From assembly GCA_024275095.1 (NCBI GenBank), contig JAJRZV010000072.1:1-61315 (forward strand): a stretch of 61,315 nucleotides of DNA. Direction: 5' to 3'. Of the stretch, positions 1 to 9,517 are shown piece by piece (the first letter of the stretch is position 1; every line of letters begins with the position of its first letter). A program made the translations under genes and the position numbers. This DNA is from a bacterium (GTDB lineage Bacteria > JAJRZV01). The notes beneath the pieces are model-generated. The model was not told the DNA's origin. It was given only the letters and a program-made list of their open reading frames with translations, and did no database searches.

Positions 1-143
1 AACATACAGTGGAGGATGGTTATCGTACGCGTGATATGGCATCACATGGAGAGGACATCAAGGTGGTCGGGACGCACGAGATGGGAGAGGCCGTGCGTAC
101 CAGGGTGAGGGATGTGCTGGAGTCGGAAGGCATGTCTGTGTGA
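1..143 (+). CDS. leuB: 3-isopropylmalate dehydrogenase, 3' end (partial)
   Basis: Frame from nt 3 reads HTVEDGYRTRDM...VVGTHEMGEAV...*, matching the LeuB C-terminal GYRTxD..GTxEMG motif; leuB-asd synteny. Confidence 0.75.
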   Translation, partial: HTVEDGYRTRDMASHGEDIKVVGTHEMGEAVRTRVRDVLESEGMSV

Positions 144-155
144 AGGAGGGGTGCA

Positions 156-1172
156 ATGAGGGATTTTAATGTGGCGGTGGTGGGTGCCACAGGCGCCGTG
201 GGAAGAGAGATGATCCGCGTTCTGGAGGAGCGGAAATTTCCGGTCAGAAACCTCAAGCTCCTCGCATCCGAGCGGTCGGCGAGTGAAAAGATTGAATTCA
301 TGGGTGAAGAAATTACGGTTGAGGTGCTCGGTGAGGATGCTTTTGATGGGATAGAGATTGGACTTTTTTCTCCCGGCTCGAAAATATCAGCCGTGTATGC
401 TCCCATTGCTGCCAGGGCAGGAACTGTGGTCATAGATAACACCTCGTACTTCCGTATGGACCCTGATGTGCCACTCGTGGTTCCTGAGGTCAATCCTCAC
501 GCGGTTGCAGGCTTTGAAAAGAAAGGCATTATTGCGAACCCCAACTGTTCCACAATTCAAATGGTAGTGGTTTTAAAACCCCTCCACGATGTTGCACGCA
601 TAAAGCGGGTGGTCGTGGCGACCTACCAGGCTGTCTCCGGTGCAGGGAAGGAAGCCATGGATGAGTTGCACGACCAGACCGTGGCCATTCTCAACATGCG
701 TGAACATCCTCCGCGCGTGTTTCCCCATCAGATTGCTTTCAACCTGTTGCCGCACATTGATGTGTTTCTTGAAAACGGCTATACCAAGGAAGAGATGAAA
801 ATGGTAAACGAGACCAAAAAGATTATGGAGGATGATAGTATTCAGGTATCTCCCACAACAGTACGGGTGCCGGTTTTTATCGGTCACAGCGAGGCCATTA
901 ATGTCGAGTTCGAGAAGCCCCTTTCTGTGGAGGATGCTCGCAGAACCCTTTCCCAGGCTCCCGGAGTGGTGGTCGTGGACGACCCTTCGAAAAACGAGTA
1001 TCCTCTACCTATAAACGCTGCGGGAAAAGACGAGGTTTTTGTGGGGCGCATTCGCGAGGATTTTACAGTAAACTATGGTATTAATTTGTGGTGCGTGGCC
1101 GACAACCTCAGGAAAGGTGCAGCGACCAACGCTGTACAGATTGCGGAAATACTGGCGGAGAAATATTTATGA
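156..1172 (+). CDS. asd: aspartate-semialdehyde dehydrogenase
   Basis: VGATGAVG, NPNCST, YQAVSGAG and DNLRKGAATNAVQI motifs; RBS GGAGG upstream. Confidence 0.97.
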   Translation: MRDFNVAVVGATGAVGREMIRVLEERKFPVRNLKLLASERSASEKIEFMGEEITVEVLGEDAFDGIEIGLFSPGSKISAVYAPIAARAGTVVIDNTSYFRMDPDVPLVVPEVNPHAVAGFEKKGIIANPNCSTIQMVVVLKPLHDVARIKRVVVATYQAVSGAGKEAMDELHDQTVAILNMREHPPRVFPHQIAFNLLPHIDVFLENGYTKEEMKMVNETKKIMEDDSIQVSPTTVRVPVFIGHSEAINVEFEKPLSVEDARRTLSQAPGVVVVDDPSKNEYPLPINAAGKDEVFVGRIREDFTVNYGINLWCVADNLRKGAATNAVQIAEILAEKYL

Positions 1173-2869
1173 CGTTCTTGCGCAAGCTTGTGGTTTCTGC
1201 AGCAGTTTCCAGTCTGATGGTTGTCCCTGCCGCCACTTCTGCCCTTACACTTGAAATTCTTGGGGTTCAGCCTGCTTCCAAAGTGATTTCAGACACAGAT
1301 ACCCTGCGCGTGTACTGGCGGGCGGATACAAGCGGCACCTACAGCATTTCAGTCTCGTCTCAGAACATGACCTCCAGGTATGTTGATGACTACAGGGATT
1401 TGCCTTATAACGCTGGCATTTCGTACAGTGTAACTCTCACTCCGCTCGAGGATCTGGAAAATGATGGTTACACCGTGGATGACGTGTATTACCTTACGGT
1501 GGAATTCAGTGCTTCAGGTAGCACTGTTGATGCCACTGTAAGCACAAGTTTTATTCTCGATAATCCCCCCGAAGCCCCCTCGAATGTACGTGCAACACCC
1601 GGAGACAAGTACGTGCTTATTGAGTGGGACAGGCACAGGGATAACGATATTAAAGAATTTCGCGTGTATTACGATATTACACCTTCTCCCTATCCTTCCT
1701 CCCCTACAGAAGCTGATTACGATAACGTGAAAGTGGTTGAAGGGAGGGAGAGCACGGGCATTGAGATCAACGACCTGTTCAATGGAGAGACTTACTACTT
1801 TTCCGTACAGGCGGTTGACGCTTATGGAAACAGATCGGAATTTTCTGCTGAAATTTCTGCTACCCCCCAATATGAAATGGGATTTTCCAGTTTCAGTGAT
1901 GAAGATGTGGGTTGTATAATCGCGCGTACCGCCGGAAGAGACACCTCTTTAAGTGCCGCTCTTTACAAGTTGCGGAAGATAGTCGGTAACCATTTTCCCG
2001 GTATTGTGAAGTCATATTACGCTTTCAGTGCTGTTATCGCCGTGTTTGAGCATCACAGACCGTTTGAAGGAACCATCGTTCGTTATGTTCTTTTCGCATT
2101 TGTGGCTTCTGCAGGTTTTATCTACAGTGTTCCAGCTGTTTTGCCGGGAGCATTACTGGCCATTGTGATTGGGCTCTCAGGCATAAGGCGTTCACGAAGC
2201 CTGAAAGTTTTGCTTCTGGCTGGAATTGTGTTTTTCAGCACTAATGCTCACGCAGATTCTCCGATGAATTTTTACATGAATTTGAAAGCCGGGAACATGA
2301 AGTTTTCCAAGACTGCTCTCAAGGAGCGGTGGTGGGAAATATACGGACCGGGGGGACATACAGCCCTGATGGGAGATCTGGGGTATGAAATCCCGTGGAA
2401 GCGTTTTGGCACCTGGGTGCTTAACGGTACGGCAGGAATTTTCTGGGAGAGCGGTTACGGACTTGTGGAACAGGCTTCAGGCGAAATAGAGCGAGGTGGG
2501 AAAGACCTTGAATTTTACCTTGTTCCTTTGGGAATAGGTGTTACGTACCTGGCGCGTTTTCTCAAACAACAGTACGTAATACCCTTTGGGGGGGTGGGTA
2601 TTACAGGTTACTTTTTTTCTGAGAGTAAAAAAAACGGAGAAACCATTAAAAAAGGCCGTGTTGGAGGGTACTACTATAGCGTGGGAGCCCTTTTCAATCT
2701 TGACTGGGTTGAACCGGAATACGCGCTGAAGCTTGATGCGGACTCCGGCATTAACCATTCGTATATTTTATTGGAATACCGCTGGTCCATTGTGGACGAG
2801 TTCGGGAAATACAGTGATTTCGATTTTTCCAACAACACCTTTTTTGCAGGACTTGCCTTCGAGTTTTGA
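1169..2869 (+). CDS. secreted FN3-domain protein with CFI-box-CTERM-like segment, fused to a MXAN_2562-like outer-membrane beta-barrel
   Basis: ATG at 1169 overlaps the asd stop (ATGA). Signal peptide MTFLRK...ATSA; FN3 (PPEAPSNV...W...Y..YY...LFNGETYYFSVQAVDAYGNRS); GCIIARTAG..YY box; TM segments; second signal-like RRSRSLKVLLLAGIVFFSTNAHA; barrel ending AGLAFEF. Confidence 0.75.
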   Translation: MTFLRKLVVSAAVSSLMVVPAATSALTLEILGVQPASKVISDTDTLRVYWRADTSGTYSISVSSQNMTSRYVDDYRDLPYNAGISYSVTLTPLEDLENDGYTVDDVYYLTVEFSASGSTVDATVSTSFILDNPPEAPSNVRATPGDKYVLIEWDRHRDNDIKEFRVYYDITPSPYPSSPTEADYDNVKVVEGRESTGIEINDLFNGETYYFSVQAVDAYGNRSEFSAEISATPQYEMGFSSFSDEDVGCIIARTAGRDTSLSAALYKLRKIVGNHFPGIVKSYYAFSAVIAVFEHHRPFEGTIVRYVLFAFVASAGFIYSVPAVLPGALLAIVIGLSGIRRSRSLKVLLLAGIVFFSTNAHADSPMNFYMNLKAGNMKFSKTALKERWWEIYGPGGHTALMGDLGYEIPWKRFGTWVLNGTAGIFWESGYGLVEQASGEIERGGKDLEFYLVPLGIGVTYLARFLKQQYVIPFGGVGITGYFFSESKKNGETIKKGRVGGYYYSVGALFNLDWVEPEYALKLDADSGINHSYILLEYRWSIVDEFGKYSDFDFSNNTFFAGLAFEF

Positions 2870-3672
2870 AGAGACACATTGTTCTTCTTCTTGAATATGA
2901 CGGTACAGATTACGCGGGATGGCAGCGCCAGAGGAGTCTTCCCACCATTCAGGGCACGCTCGAGAATGTGCTGTCTCAGATTCTAAACGAGAGAGTTGTG
3001 CTGCGTGGCAGTTCACGTACAGATGCTGGTGTACACGCTCTGGGACAGGTCGCTGCTTTTGAGACAAAAAATACGATTCCCCTGGAGACATTGCAAAGAG
3101 CAGCGAACGCCCTTCTTCCTTCGTCCATTGTTATCGCGGATGCCTGCGAGGTGGAGGCCCCTTTCAGTCCCCTTCGTGATGCAATTCGTAAGACATACGT
3201 GTACTGCTATTACAATGGGTTTAAACCTTCACCCTTTATCTCACGGTACGTATGGGCCCCTGGAGTCGAACTGGACTGTAAAGTAATGAAGCAGGCGGCC
3301 GCTCTCTGGAAAGGCCGCCGTGATTTTCGCATGTTTATGAACAGTGGCTCTCGGGTGAAAACTACCGTTAGAACCGTTGAACGAATTGAGGTGCACGCTG
3401 TTGATGAGATGATTTTTTTCCTTGTTACAGCAGATGGTTTTCTCAAACAGATGGTACGCAACATGGCAGGTACCCTTGTTATGCTCCTGCGTGGAAAAGT
3501 GGAACTTGAACACATACGGGCCATGCAGCCCCCGGATCCCAAACGCGGATTTCGATACACGGCTCCGGCAAAGGGGCTTTGCCTTCTTCACATAGAATTC
3601 AGAAGAAGCTTGCCTTTGTCTTTCAGGCACAATAAGATTGTGAAAAAAATGAAGGAGTGGTGGCATGAATAA
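2866..3672 (+). CDS. truA: tRNA pseudouridine(38-40) synthase
   Basis: YDGTDYAGWQRQ, SRTDAGVHA, GFLKQMVR and TAPAKGL motifs. Confidence 0.96.
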   Translation: MKRHIVLLLEYDGTDYAGWQRQRSLPTIQGTLENVLSQILNERVVLRGSSRTDAGVHALGQVAAFETKNTIPLETLQRAANALLPSSIVIADACEVEAPFSPLRDAIRKTYVYCYYNGFKPSPFISRYVWAPGVELDCKVMKQAAALWKGRRDFRMFMNSGSRVKTTVRTVERIEVHAVDEMIFFLVTADGFLKQMVRNMAGTLVMLLRGKVELEHIRAMQPPDPKRGFRYTAPAKGLCLLHIEFRRSLPLSFRHNKIVKKMKEWWHE

Positions 3673-5425
3673 GATCAAAATGTCAGCAGTAATTTTTATC
3701 TCGGTTATTGCTTTTATCATTGCAGGTTGTGGAACAGGCAACGTGAAGGAAACCCGCCTTAAAGAAGGTAGAAATTACCTCTCGAGCGGCGAGTACCTCA
3801 ATGCCTATGATTCTTACTCCAAGGTTCTGGAAGAAGACCCGGAAAACTGTGAGGCCAACTATGGATTGCTGCTTTCGGACACCCTTATGCTGATCGATCA
3901 GGTTAACGCGATCCTTGGTCTCGCCAGCGGGTTGGGTTCCACCCTCAGTGCAGCAGCCGGAGGGATGGTTGATCAGATTGTTGCAGCATTCCTCATGCCG
4001 TTTGTTGAACTCTTTGATGAAATGGATAGTGCTGCAGGTGTGATCGAACGCAAAGATTGCACTTTTAATCCAGGGCACATCGTGATTCAAATTGGCACAG
4101 TGGACGACCCTATCGTGCAGGTGGCCCTTATTGGACAGTGGGATCCTCCAGAGGCCCAGTTGATCGGCTCCATGGCCAATGCTGCCAAAGCTATTCTCAA
4201 GCTTGTGCTTTCCGTTGACCTGGATATTCCCCTTGATCCCGTGCTTGCAATTGTTCAGGATTCGGATTCTCCACTCTTGCAAAAGATCAACGCGTGCGAT
4301 TTTACGGACCTCAGCTCCCTTTTTACCACATGTGACTTTGCGGGCATTATGAGGGATCTCGGTTTTGTCATGGACCTCACGTCCACATTTCTCACCTGGC
4401 ATCCGGACAGGGCATACATGTACACGCAGGCTTCGCAGGAACTCTCTGCCGCTCTCAGGCGTGTTGGCGAAGCCATCAGGGGTATCTTCAGCGAGGTGAA
4501 TGACAGCGATGACTATGACAATGTGCTTTACGTTTATGACAAGGACAGGAACGGTGTGTTTTCAGGTCTTAAAAAGGATAACCTCATCATCAATGCTTAC
4601 AAGGTGTATCCCGGTGGATCAACGGCAGAGACGGTTATTGACGAATCATCGCGGTGCCTGTGGCTTCCCAGCATGGGCGAGGATTTCTGCGCGGAGGACC
4701 TTGTAGAACCCCTCCTGTATCCCCTTATCACTACAGACTATGTAAATACTGTGGTCTCATTTATGGAGAGATGGTCTAAGGTGTTTGACGTAAATACCAT
4801 TGAGTCCACGGGTGAAGAACCGGAACCAATCCATCCAGTCGAAATCATGAAGCTTATTCCTATTGATCTCGGGTTTGCGCTGCCTGACGTGATCAGAGTG
4901 AGCCCCTGGAGGTTCTTCGCAACATCTGTGACACAGGATACTGCCGGGCCGCGTGATCTTTTGCCTTACTGGGGTGATCTCAACGGTGATGGTGAATCAG
5001 AGTTCGTGGTAGAAGCAGAATGGCCGGAAGGCAGTACCATCCCGTCCAGCATGACCGATTACGTATTTGCGGGTGATGCCTCTCACTACGTGAAACCCAT
5101 AACCCTTCCCGATGGTTCTCCCATGGGCCTTACCGTGCCTGCTGACTGTGCCTATCTGACGGGCGAGGGTGTGATTGTATACATGGCGCTTCAGGACCCA
5201 TCCTACAACGGTGCACTTGAAGTGAATCTAAGTTCCCTTGACCTTCCATGTACAAACCCATGCGAAACGGAAATTGCAAGTGCGGCTGATGCGGAGGGAT
5301 GGTATTCACCTGTTAAACCTGATGAAGGCTCCACCTGTGGAATCTACGCCGTCAACAAGGTGGTTGGTTATTTCATGTCACAGCTTACAAGCATGCTGTC
5401 GAGCATCCTTTCGCTGTTGCAGTAG
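3665..5425 (+). CDS. uncharacterised lipoprotein with N-terminal TPR-like repeat (paralog 1)
   Basis: Lipobox IIAG-C; TPR-like GRNYLSSGEYLNAYDSYSKVLEEDPEN; Ca-binding-like DLNGDGESE; similar along its length to the next ORF. Confidence 0.8.
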   Translation: MNKIKMSAVIFISVIAFIIAGCGTGNVKETRLKEGRNYLSSGEYLNAYDSYSKVLEEDPENCEANYGLLLSDTLMLIDQVNAILGLASGLGSTLSAAAGGMVDQIVAAFLMPFVELFDEMDSAAGVIERKDCTFNPGHIVIQIGTVDDPIVQVALIGQWDPPEAQLIGSMANAAKAILKLVLSVDLDIPLDPVLAIVQDSDSPLLQKINACDFTDLSSLFTTCDFAGIMRDLGFVMDLTSTFLTWHPDRAYMYTQASQELSAALRRVGEAIRGIFSEVNDSDDYDNVLYVYDKDRNGVFSGLKKDNLIINAYKVYPGGSTAETVIDESSRCLWLPSMGEDFCAEDLVEPLLYPLITTDYVNTVVSFMERWSKVFDVNTIESTGEEPEPIHPVEIMKLIPIDLGFALPDVIRVSPWRFFATSVTQDTAGPRDLLPYWGDLNGDGESEFVVEAEWPEGSTIPSSMTDYVFAGDASHYVKPITLPDGSPMGLTVPADCAYLTGEGVIVYMALQDPSYNGALEVNLSSLDLPCTNPCETEIASAADAEGWYSPVKPDEGSTCGIYAVNKVVGYFMSQLTSMLSSILSLLQ

Positions 5426-5534
5426 CCGGGGGATGTAGCAGAGTGTTTTGAACAGCACTGCTTTTAGCAGGATCTGGAGATAGAAACCGAGTTGTTGGTT
5501 AAAAAGGCTTAGCTGGTGTGATATACTTAAATAT

Positions 5535-7394
5535 ATGCCTATGAAAAGAGCAAATTTGTTATTTTTTCTACTTTTGTTGTTTCCCTCGTGCTTTCAGAAG
5601 GTTGGTGAACCCCTTACCCTTGTTGAAAAGGGCAAGAAGTATCTTTCGACCAGTCAATACCAGGAAGCCCTTTCGGTTTTTCAGCAGCTTGAGGCTGAGA
5701 ATCCCAAGAGCTGCGATGCGGCCTATGGTATTTTGCTGGCCCAGGCGGGATTGGGGCTTAATACCTTGAATAGTCTGTTTTCCGTGATTTTTTCCGCCCT
5801 CGGTAGTCTGGGCGGCAGTGACGAGACAACCCTGCCTTCCCTGTTCCCTGTTTATCCACTTCAACCTCTTCAGAACACCTCAACTTCGGATACGATCAAC
5901 AGTATCATAGAGCAGTTTTTCATTCCCTTTCTGTCTCAGTTTCAACAGGTGGAAACGGCTGTACAGCGGATAGAGCAAACCGGCTGTACGTTCTGGCTTG
6001 ACCACTACGTGGTGGACCTCAGGCTTGGAGATATAATATGGGTTTACATGGACCTTCGAGGAGAATGGTCTGTAGTTGAAGCGAAGATTATAGGCGCGAT
6101 TTTTGACCTGATCACCGCTGTGGATTACCTGGTACTTTCGCTTGACCTTAACGTCAACCTTGACCCCATTTTTACCGCGCTCTTGAGGATATTCGTCAAC
6201 TGTACACAGCAGGACGACGTAATGCAATGCGTTAACAACTTTTCCGACAATACGATTCCGTATCCTGTTGCGGATAAACTCCTGGCTATTACAAGGGGCG
6301 ACCTTGTTACCACACTTCGTGCTCTCGGTTTTATTTTTGCAAGAAGCCCCAATTTTCTCGCGTGGCATCCTTCCCGTTACGGGTACTTTCTGGAAGTGGG
6401 AACTGAATTCGCCAGTTCGCTGACCCGGATAGCCGATGCTTTTAATATTCTGATGAACCGGAAAACCGACGTGCCGGGTTATGATTTGCACGATGATCCC
6501 ACGGACGACGTAATTGTTTTCAAGGATAGTGCCACCATTGGTGCGTATGACCCGGACGATGATATTTACATGAACGCGTACAATCCTTTGAAACCAGAGC
6601 TCGAGATGAAGGAGGATAATATCTGTTATAACATATTCATCGGTGTGTCTCCCATAAATGATGACCCCAATGCAATGGAGTGGTGTAAAAATACGTTTTT
6701 CGATGTTTTCAAGTCCATTATTATCTCCGATGCTTTTGCTAAACTTCTCGATTTCATGTATGACTGGGCAAATATTTTCAGTGGAAAGGATCAGGAGGGT
6801 TTAATTCGTCCTGGAGAGTTGAGGGATGTGCTTTTGGGATCTCTGGTGCCGATACCGGATGTGTTTTCTTTTAAACCCCAGGCATGGTTTTCCAAGACCC
6901 CGGATGAATTCCTCCGTACTGTTTCGCCGCCGCGGGAATGGTTGCCGTTTTACAGGGATATGGACGGCGATGAGTACGAGGACTTTGTTGTGGAAGGTGA
7001 GACATACTCTTCTTCATCCACCTATCCGTGCAGTGCAACTTATATCAAATACGGGGATTGTCCACATTTTCCCACCTCGTTCACGTGGTTCAAATCAGCA
7101 ACGCCCCTTAATCTCCAGATTCCTCCGGATTGCGAAGGACCCACAGAGAACGTGTTTCTCCTTTACATGGCCCCACAGGATCCATCTCTGGGGGGTGCGC
7201 TTTACGTAAACCTGGACTCTTCCGAGTTCCCTGTGTGTTCTAATTCCATTGAAGACGCGGTGAGAAACACGGGAGCACCCTACGTATTGCTTACTCCTGA
7301 CACGCAGGGGCGTTACCTTTTCAACAAGGCGCTGAACATTATTTTCAAACAGTTCTCAGGCCTGATTTCCAGTGGTGGTGCCTCGAGTCCCTGA
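5535..7394 (+). CDS. uncharacterised lipoprotein with N-terminal TPR-like repeat (paralog 2)
   Basis: Lipobox-like FPS-C after a hydrophobic stretch; TPR-like segment; DMDGDEYED; motifs shared with 3665..5425. Confidence 0.8.
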   Translation: MPMKRANLLFFLLLLFPSCFQKVGEPLTLVEKGKKYLSTSQYQEALSVFQQLEAENPKSCDAAYGILLAQAGLGLNTLNSLFSVIFSALGSLGGSDETTLPSLFPVYPLQPLQNTSTSDTINSIIEQFFIPFLSQFQQVETAVQRIEQTGCTFWLDHYVVDLRLGDIIWVYMDLRGEWSVVEAKIIGAIFDLITAVDYLVLSLDLNVNLDPIFTALLRIFVNCTQQDDVMQCVNNFSDNTIPYPVADKLLAITRGDLVTTLRALGFIFARSPNFLAWHPSRYGYFLEVGTEFASSLTRIADAFNILMNRKTDVPGYDLHDDPTDDVIVFKDSATIGAYDPDDDIYMNAYNPLKPELEMKEDNICYNIFIGVSPINDDPNAMEWCKNTFFDVFKSIIISDAFAKLLDFMYDWANIFSGKDQEGLIRPGELRDVLLGSLVPIPDVFSFKPQAWFSKTPDEFLRTVSPPREWLPFYRDMDGDEYEDFVVEGETYSSSSTYPCSATYIKYGDCPHFPTSFTWFKSATPLNLQIPPDCEGPTENVFLLYMAPQDPSLGGALYVNLDSSEFPVCSNSIEDAVRNTGAPYVLLTPDTQGRYLFNKALNIIFKQFSGLISSGGASSP

Positions 7395-8623
7395 TGATGA
7401 AACAGTTTTTTTCTCCAGAAGTTCCCGCAGACGAGAAGTTCATTCAAAAAACAGACGAGACGTTTCGTCTGCATCGCCAGGCTCTCCTTGCGCCTTTTGA
7501 TCCTTTAAAAGACGAGGATTATCTGGCCCTTGCATTGAAGCACGGGAAATGGCTCAGGGAAAGGTTCGAGCGGGTGTATTTTTTCGGGATGGGCGGATCG
7601 GTCTTACCCGCTGTGGCTCTTTTTGGCAGTAACGCGGATGAGAGCGGCATAAGATTTGTTGAAACGTATTCTGGCAGTGCTTTCAGGGAAGTCATCGAAT
7701 CGGTCAATGGGAATGCCCACTACGTCTTCGTGTCCAAGAGCGGTGCCACACTGGAGACGTGCATAGAATGCGCGGTGATAACGAGGCGCCTGGAGGAGAA
7801 GGGCTTAAATTCGGCCCACCACGTTACTGTAGTGACCGCCAAGAGTAATTCAATGCTGATGAAGCTCGCTCCGCCTGAATGTTATGTGCTTCCCCTGCCG
7901 GATCACATCAGTGGGCGCTATTCAGCGTTTACTCACGTGGCTGCACTCCCGGCTGCGGTAAAAGGCGAGGAGTTTTTTAATGAAATATTGACCGGTGGTC
8001 GCGCAGTACTTGAGGGAGTGGCAGAAGGTGCGCTTGTGGAAACAGGAGCTGAGTTTCTGAGACACGCATGGACATGGTATCGTGACGGTGCCCGTGTAAT
8101 GGGTGTATGGACTTATGACGAGCCCCTTCGACCCCTTGCAAGGTGGCTCAGGCAGGTGTGGTGTGAAAGCCTGGGGAAAAAGGGGGCTGCATTTGACCCC
8201 GACGTGCTCCTTGTGTGGGGTCCCGAAGACCAGCACAGTGTTCTTCAACAGTTTATGGAAGGAGAAGACCGCCGTTTCTACCTGTTTATTTCAGCCGAGT
8301 CTGACGGCCCTGGCGATTCTGATGAGGTGGTTTTTCTTCCTGAGACTGTGTCAAAAGTGATGGAACTGAGGCAGGGCCTGAACCTGAAAGACGTGGAAAC
8401 AGCCCAGCGTGAGGCCACGGCCTCTGCACTCGTTGAAAGTGGTCACAGGGTTGCTTTCATTAATATTGGAAATGGAGGCAATGGAGTCCTCGGGCGTGCT
8501 TATTTTATGGCTTACATGATGTTCCTCGTACCGCTGGCTGGTTTTATTCAAGGAGTTGATCCGTTCAACCAGCCAGGCGTGGAGCTGGGTAAGGTCAGAA
8601 CCAGAGAAAAATTAAAAGCTTGA
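7394..8623 (+). CDS. pgi: glucose-6-phosphate isomerase (short type)
   Basis: GMGGS, SKSGATLET, SGRYS, ESLGK, DQHS and PFNQPGVELGK motifs. Confidence 0.85.
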   Translation: MMKQFFSPEVPADEKFIQKTDETFRLHRQALLAPFDPLKDEDYLALALKHGKWLRERFERVYFFGMGGSVLPAVALFGSNADESGIRFVETYSGSAFREVIESVNGNAHYVFVSKSGATLETCIECAVITRRLEEKGLNSAHHVTVVTAKSNSMLMKLAPPECYVLPLPDHISGRYSAFTHVAALPAAVKGEEFFNEILTGGRAVLEGVAEGALVETGAEFLRHAWTWYRDGARVMGVWTYDEPLRPLARWLRQVWCESLGKKGAAFDPDVLLVWGPEDQHSVLQQFMEGEDRRFYLFISAESDGPGDSDEVVFLPETVSKVMELRQGLNLKDVETAQREATASALVESGHRVAFINIGNGGNGVLGRAYFMAYMMFLVPLAGFIQGVDPFNQPGVELGKVRTREKLKA

Positions 8624-9505
8624 TCAGCCGAACCACACGCTGCGGCGCTGGCTGAGAAGGTGATAGACCATCTTCTGGATGGTTGAGCGCACGCGTTCGG
8701 TCAATTCATTCACAAGAATGTCGTCCTCTGCAGCGTTCTGGGGGTATCGCGATGTGTCTACTGGTTCGCCAAACTGTACAAACCACCGTGAAGGAAGCGG
8801 CAGAAGACCTGCCAGACCGAACAGCGGAAAAAACGGCGTTACGGGGAAAAACGGGAGATTGAGAACCCTGGCGGGAAGTTTCAGGGTGCGCAAAAGGGGA
8901 TAAGTCTCTTCTGAACCAACAATGGCAGCAGGAACAATTGGAGAGCGGGTTTTAATGGCCAGACGCACGAATCCACCGCGACCGAAGCGCTGAAGATTGT
9001 ATCGCTCTTTATAGGGTTTGGAGATACCCTTGATACCTTCCGGGAACACGATGATGCCGAAATCAGAGTTCAGCAACCTTTCCGCATTTTCCTGGTCCGC
9101 CCTCACGCAACCGAGGCGCTGGAAAATGGTACCGATGAATGGAAGGTAGTAAATGGGATTCTCTATGAGTGGTCGAAGAGGCCTTTCGCCTGGATAGGCT
9201 TCCTCCACCGCGTGCTTTATGACCAGTCCGTCAAAGGGTATGAAGCCCGCGTGGTTGGCGACGATGATGACTCTCCCACGGGATGGTACATGCTGTACGC
9301 CTTCTGTTTTTACGCGCCACCACCGGTGATAGAGAAACTCGATGAGATTTCGAAGTTCCTCGGCTTTCATGGGATTAAAACCGAACTCGTCGTAATATGC
9401 CAGGGGTTGTCTTCTGGAAGAGGACGGTTTGGCGGTTGTCGTGGCATGTTGGGTCTTTCTTGTTCGTGGTGTCCGTGGAGTGCGTTTTTTCTGTGCCATG
9501 ACCAC
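8624..9505 (-). CDS. lysophospholipid acyltransferase family protein (PlsC-like)
   Basis: NHAGFIPFD (HxxxxxD variant), VFPEG, FGRGGFVRLA and PIVP motifs. Confidence 0.9.
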   Translation of the reverse strand: MVMAQKKRTPRTPRTRKTQHATTTAKPSSSRRQPLAYYDEFGFNPMKAEELRNLIEFLYHRWWRVKTEGVQHVPSRGRVIIVANHAGFIPFDGLVIKHAVEEAYPGERPLRPLIENPIYYLPFIGTIFQRLGCVRADQENAERLLNSDFGIIVFPEGIKGISKPYKERYNLQRFGRGGFVRLAIKTRSPIVPAAIVGSEETYPLLRTLKLPARVLNLPFFPVTPFFPLFGLAGLLPLPSRWFVQFGEPVDTSRYPQNAAEDDILVNELTERVRSTIQKMVYHLLSQRRSVWFG

Positions 9506-9517
9506 TCCTTAAATTAT

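Noticed and set aside
1088-1168. Upstream starts in the ORF track (1088, 30000, 33175, 42082, 48221, 50213)
   Set aside because: Internal ATGs with stop overlaps, RBS or family-typical N-termini are better starts.
3683-6491. Long antisense ORFs (for example 3683..4402, 5880..6491; also 52306..52944 and 55770..56522)
   Set aside because: They lie opposite well-supported genes and show no recognisable motifs.
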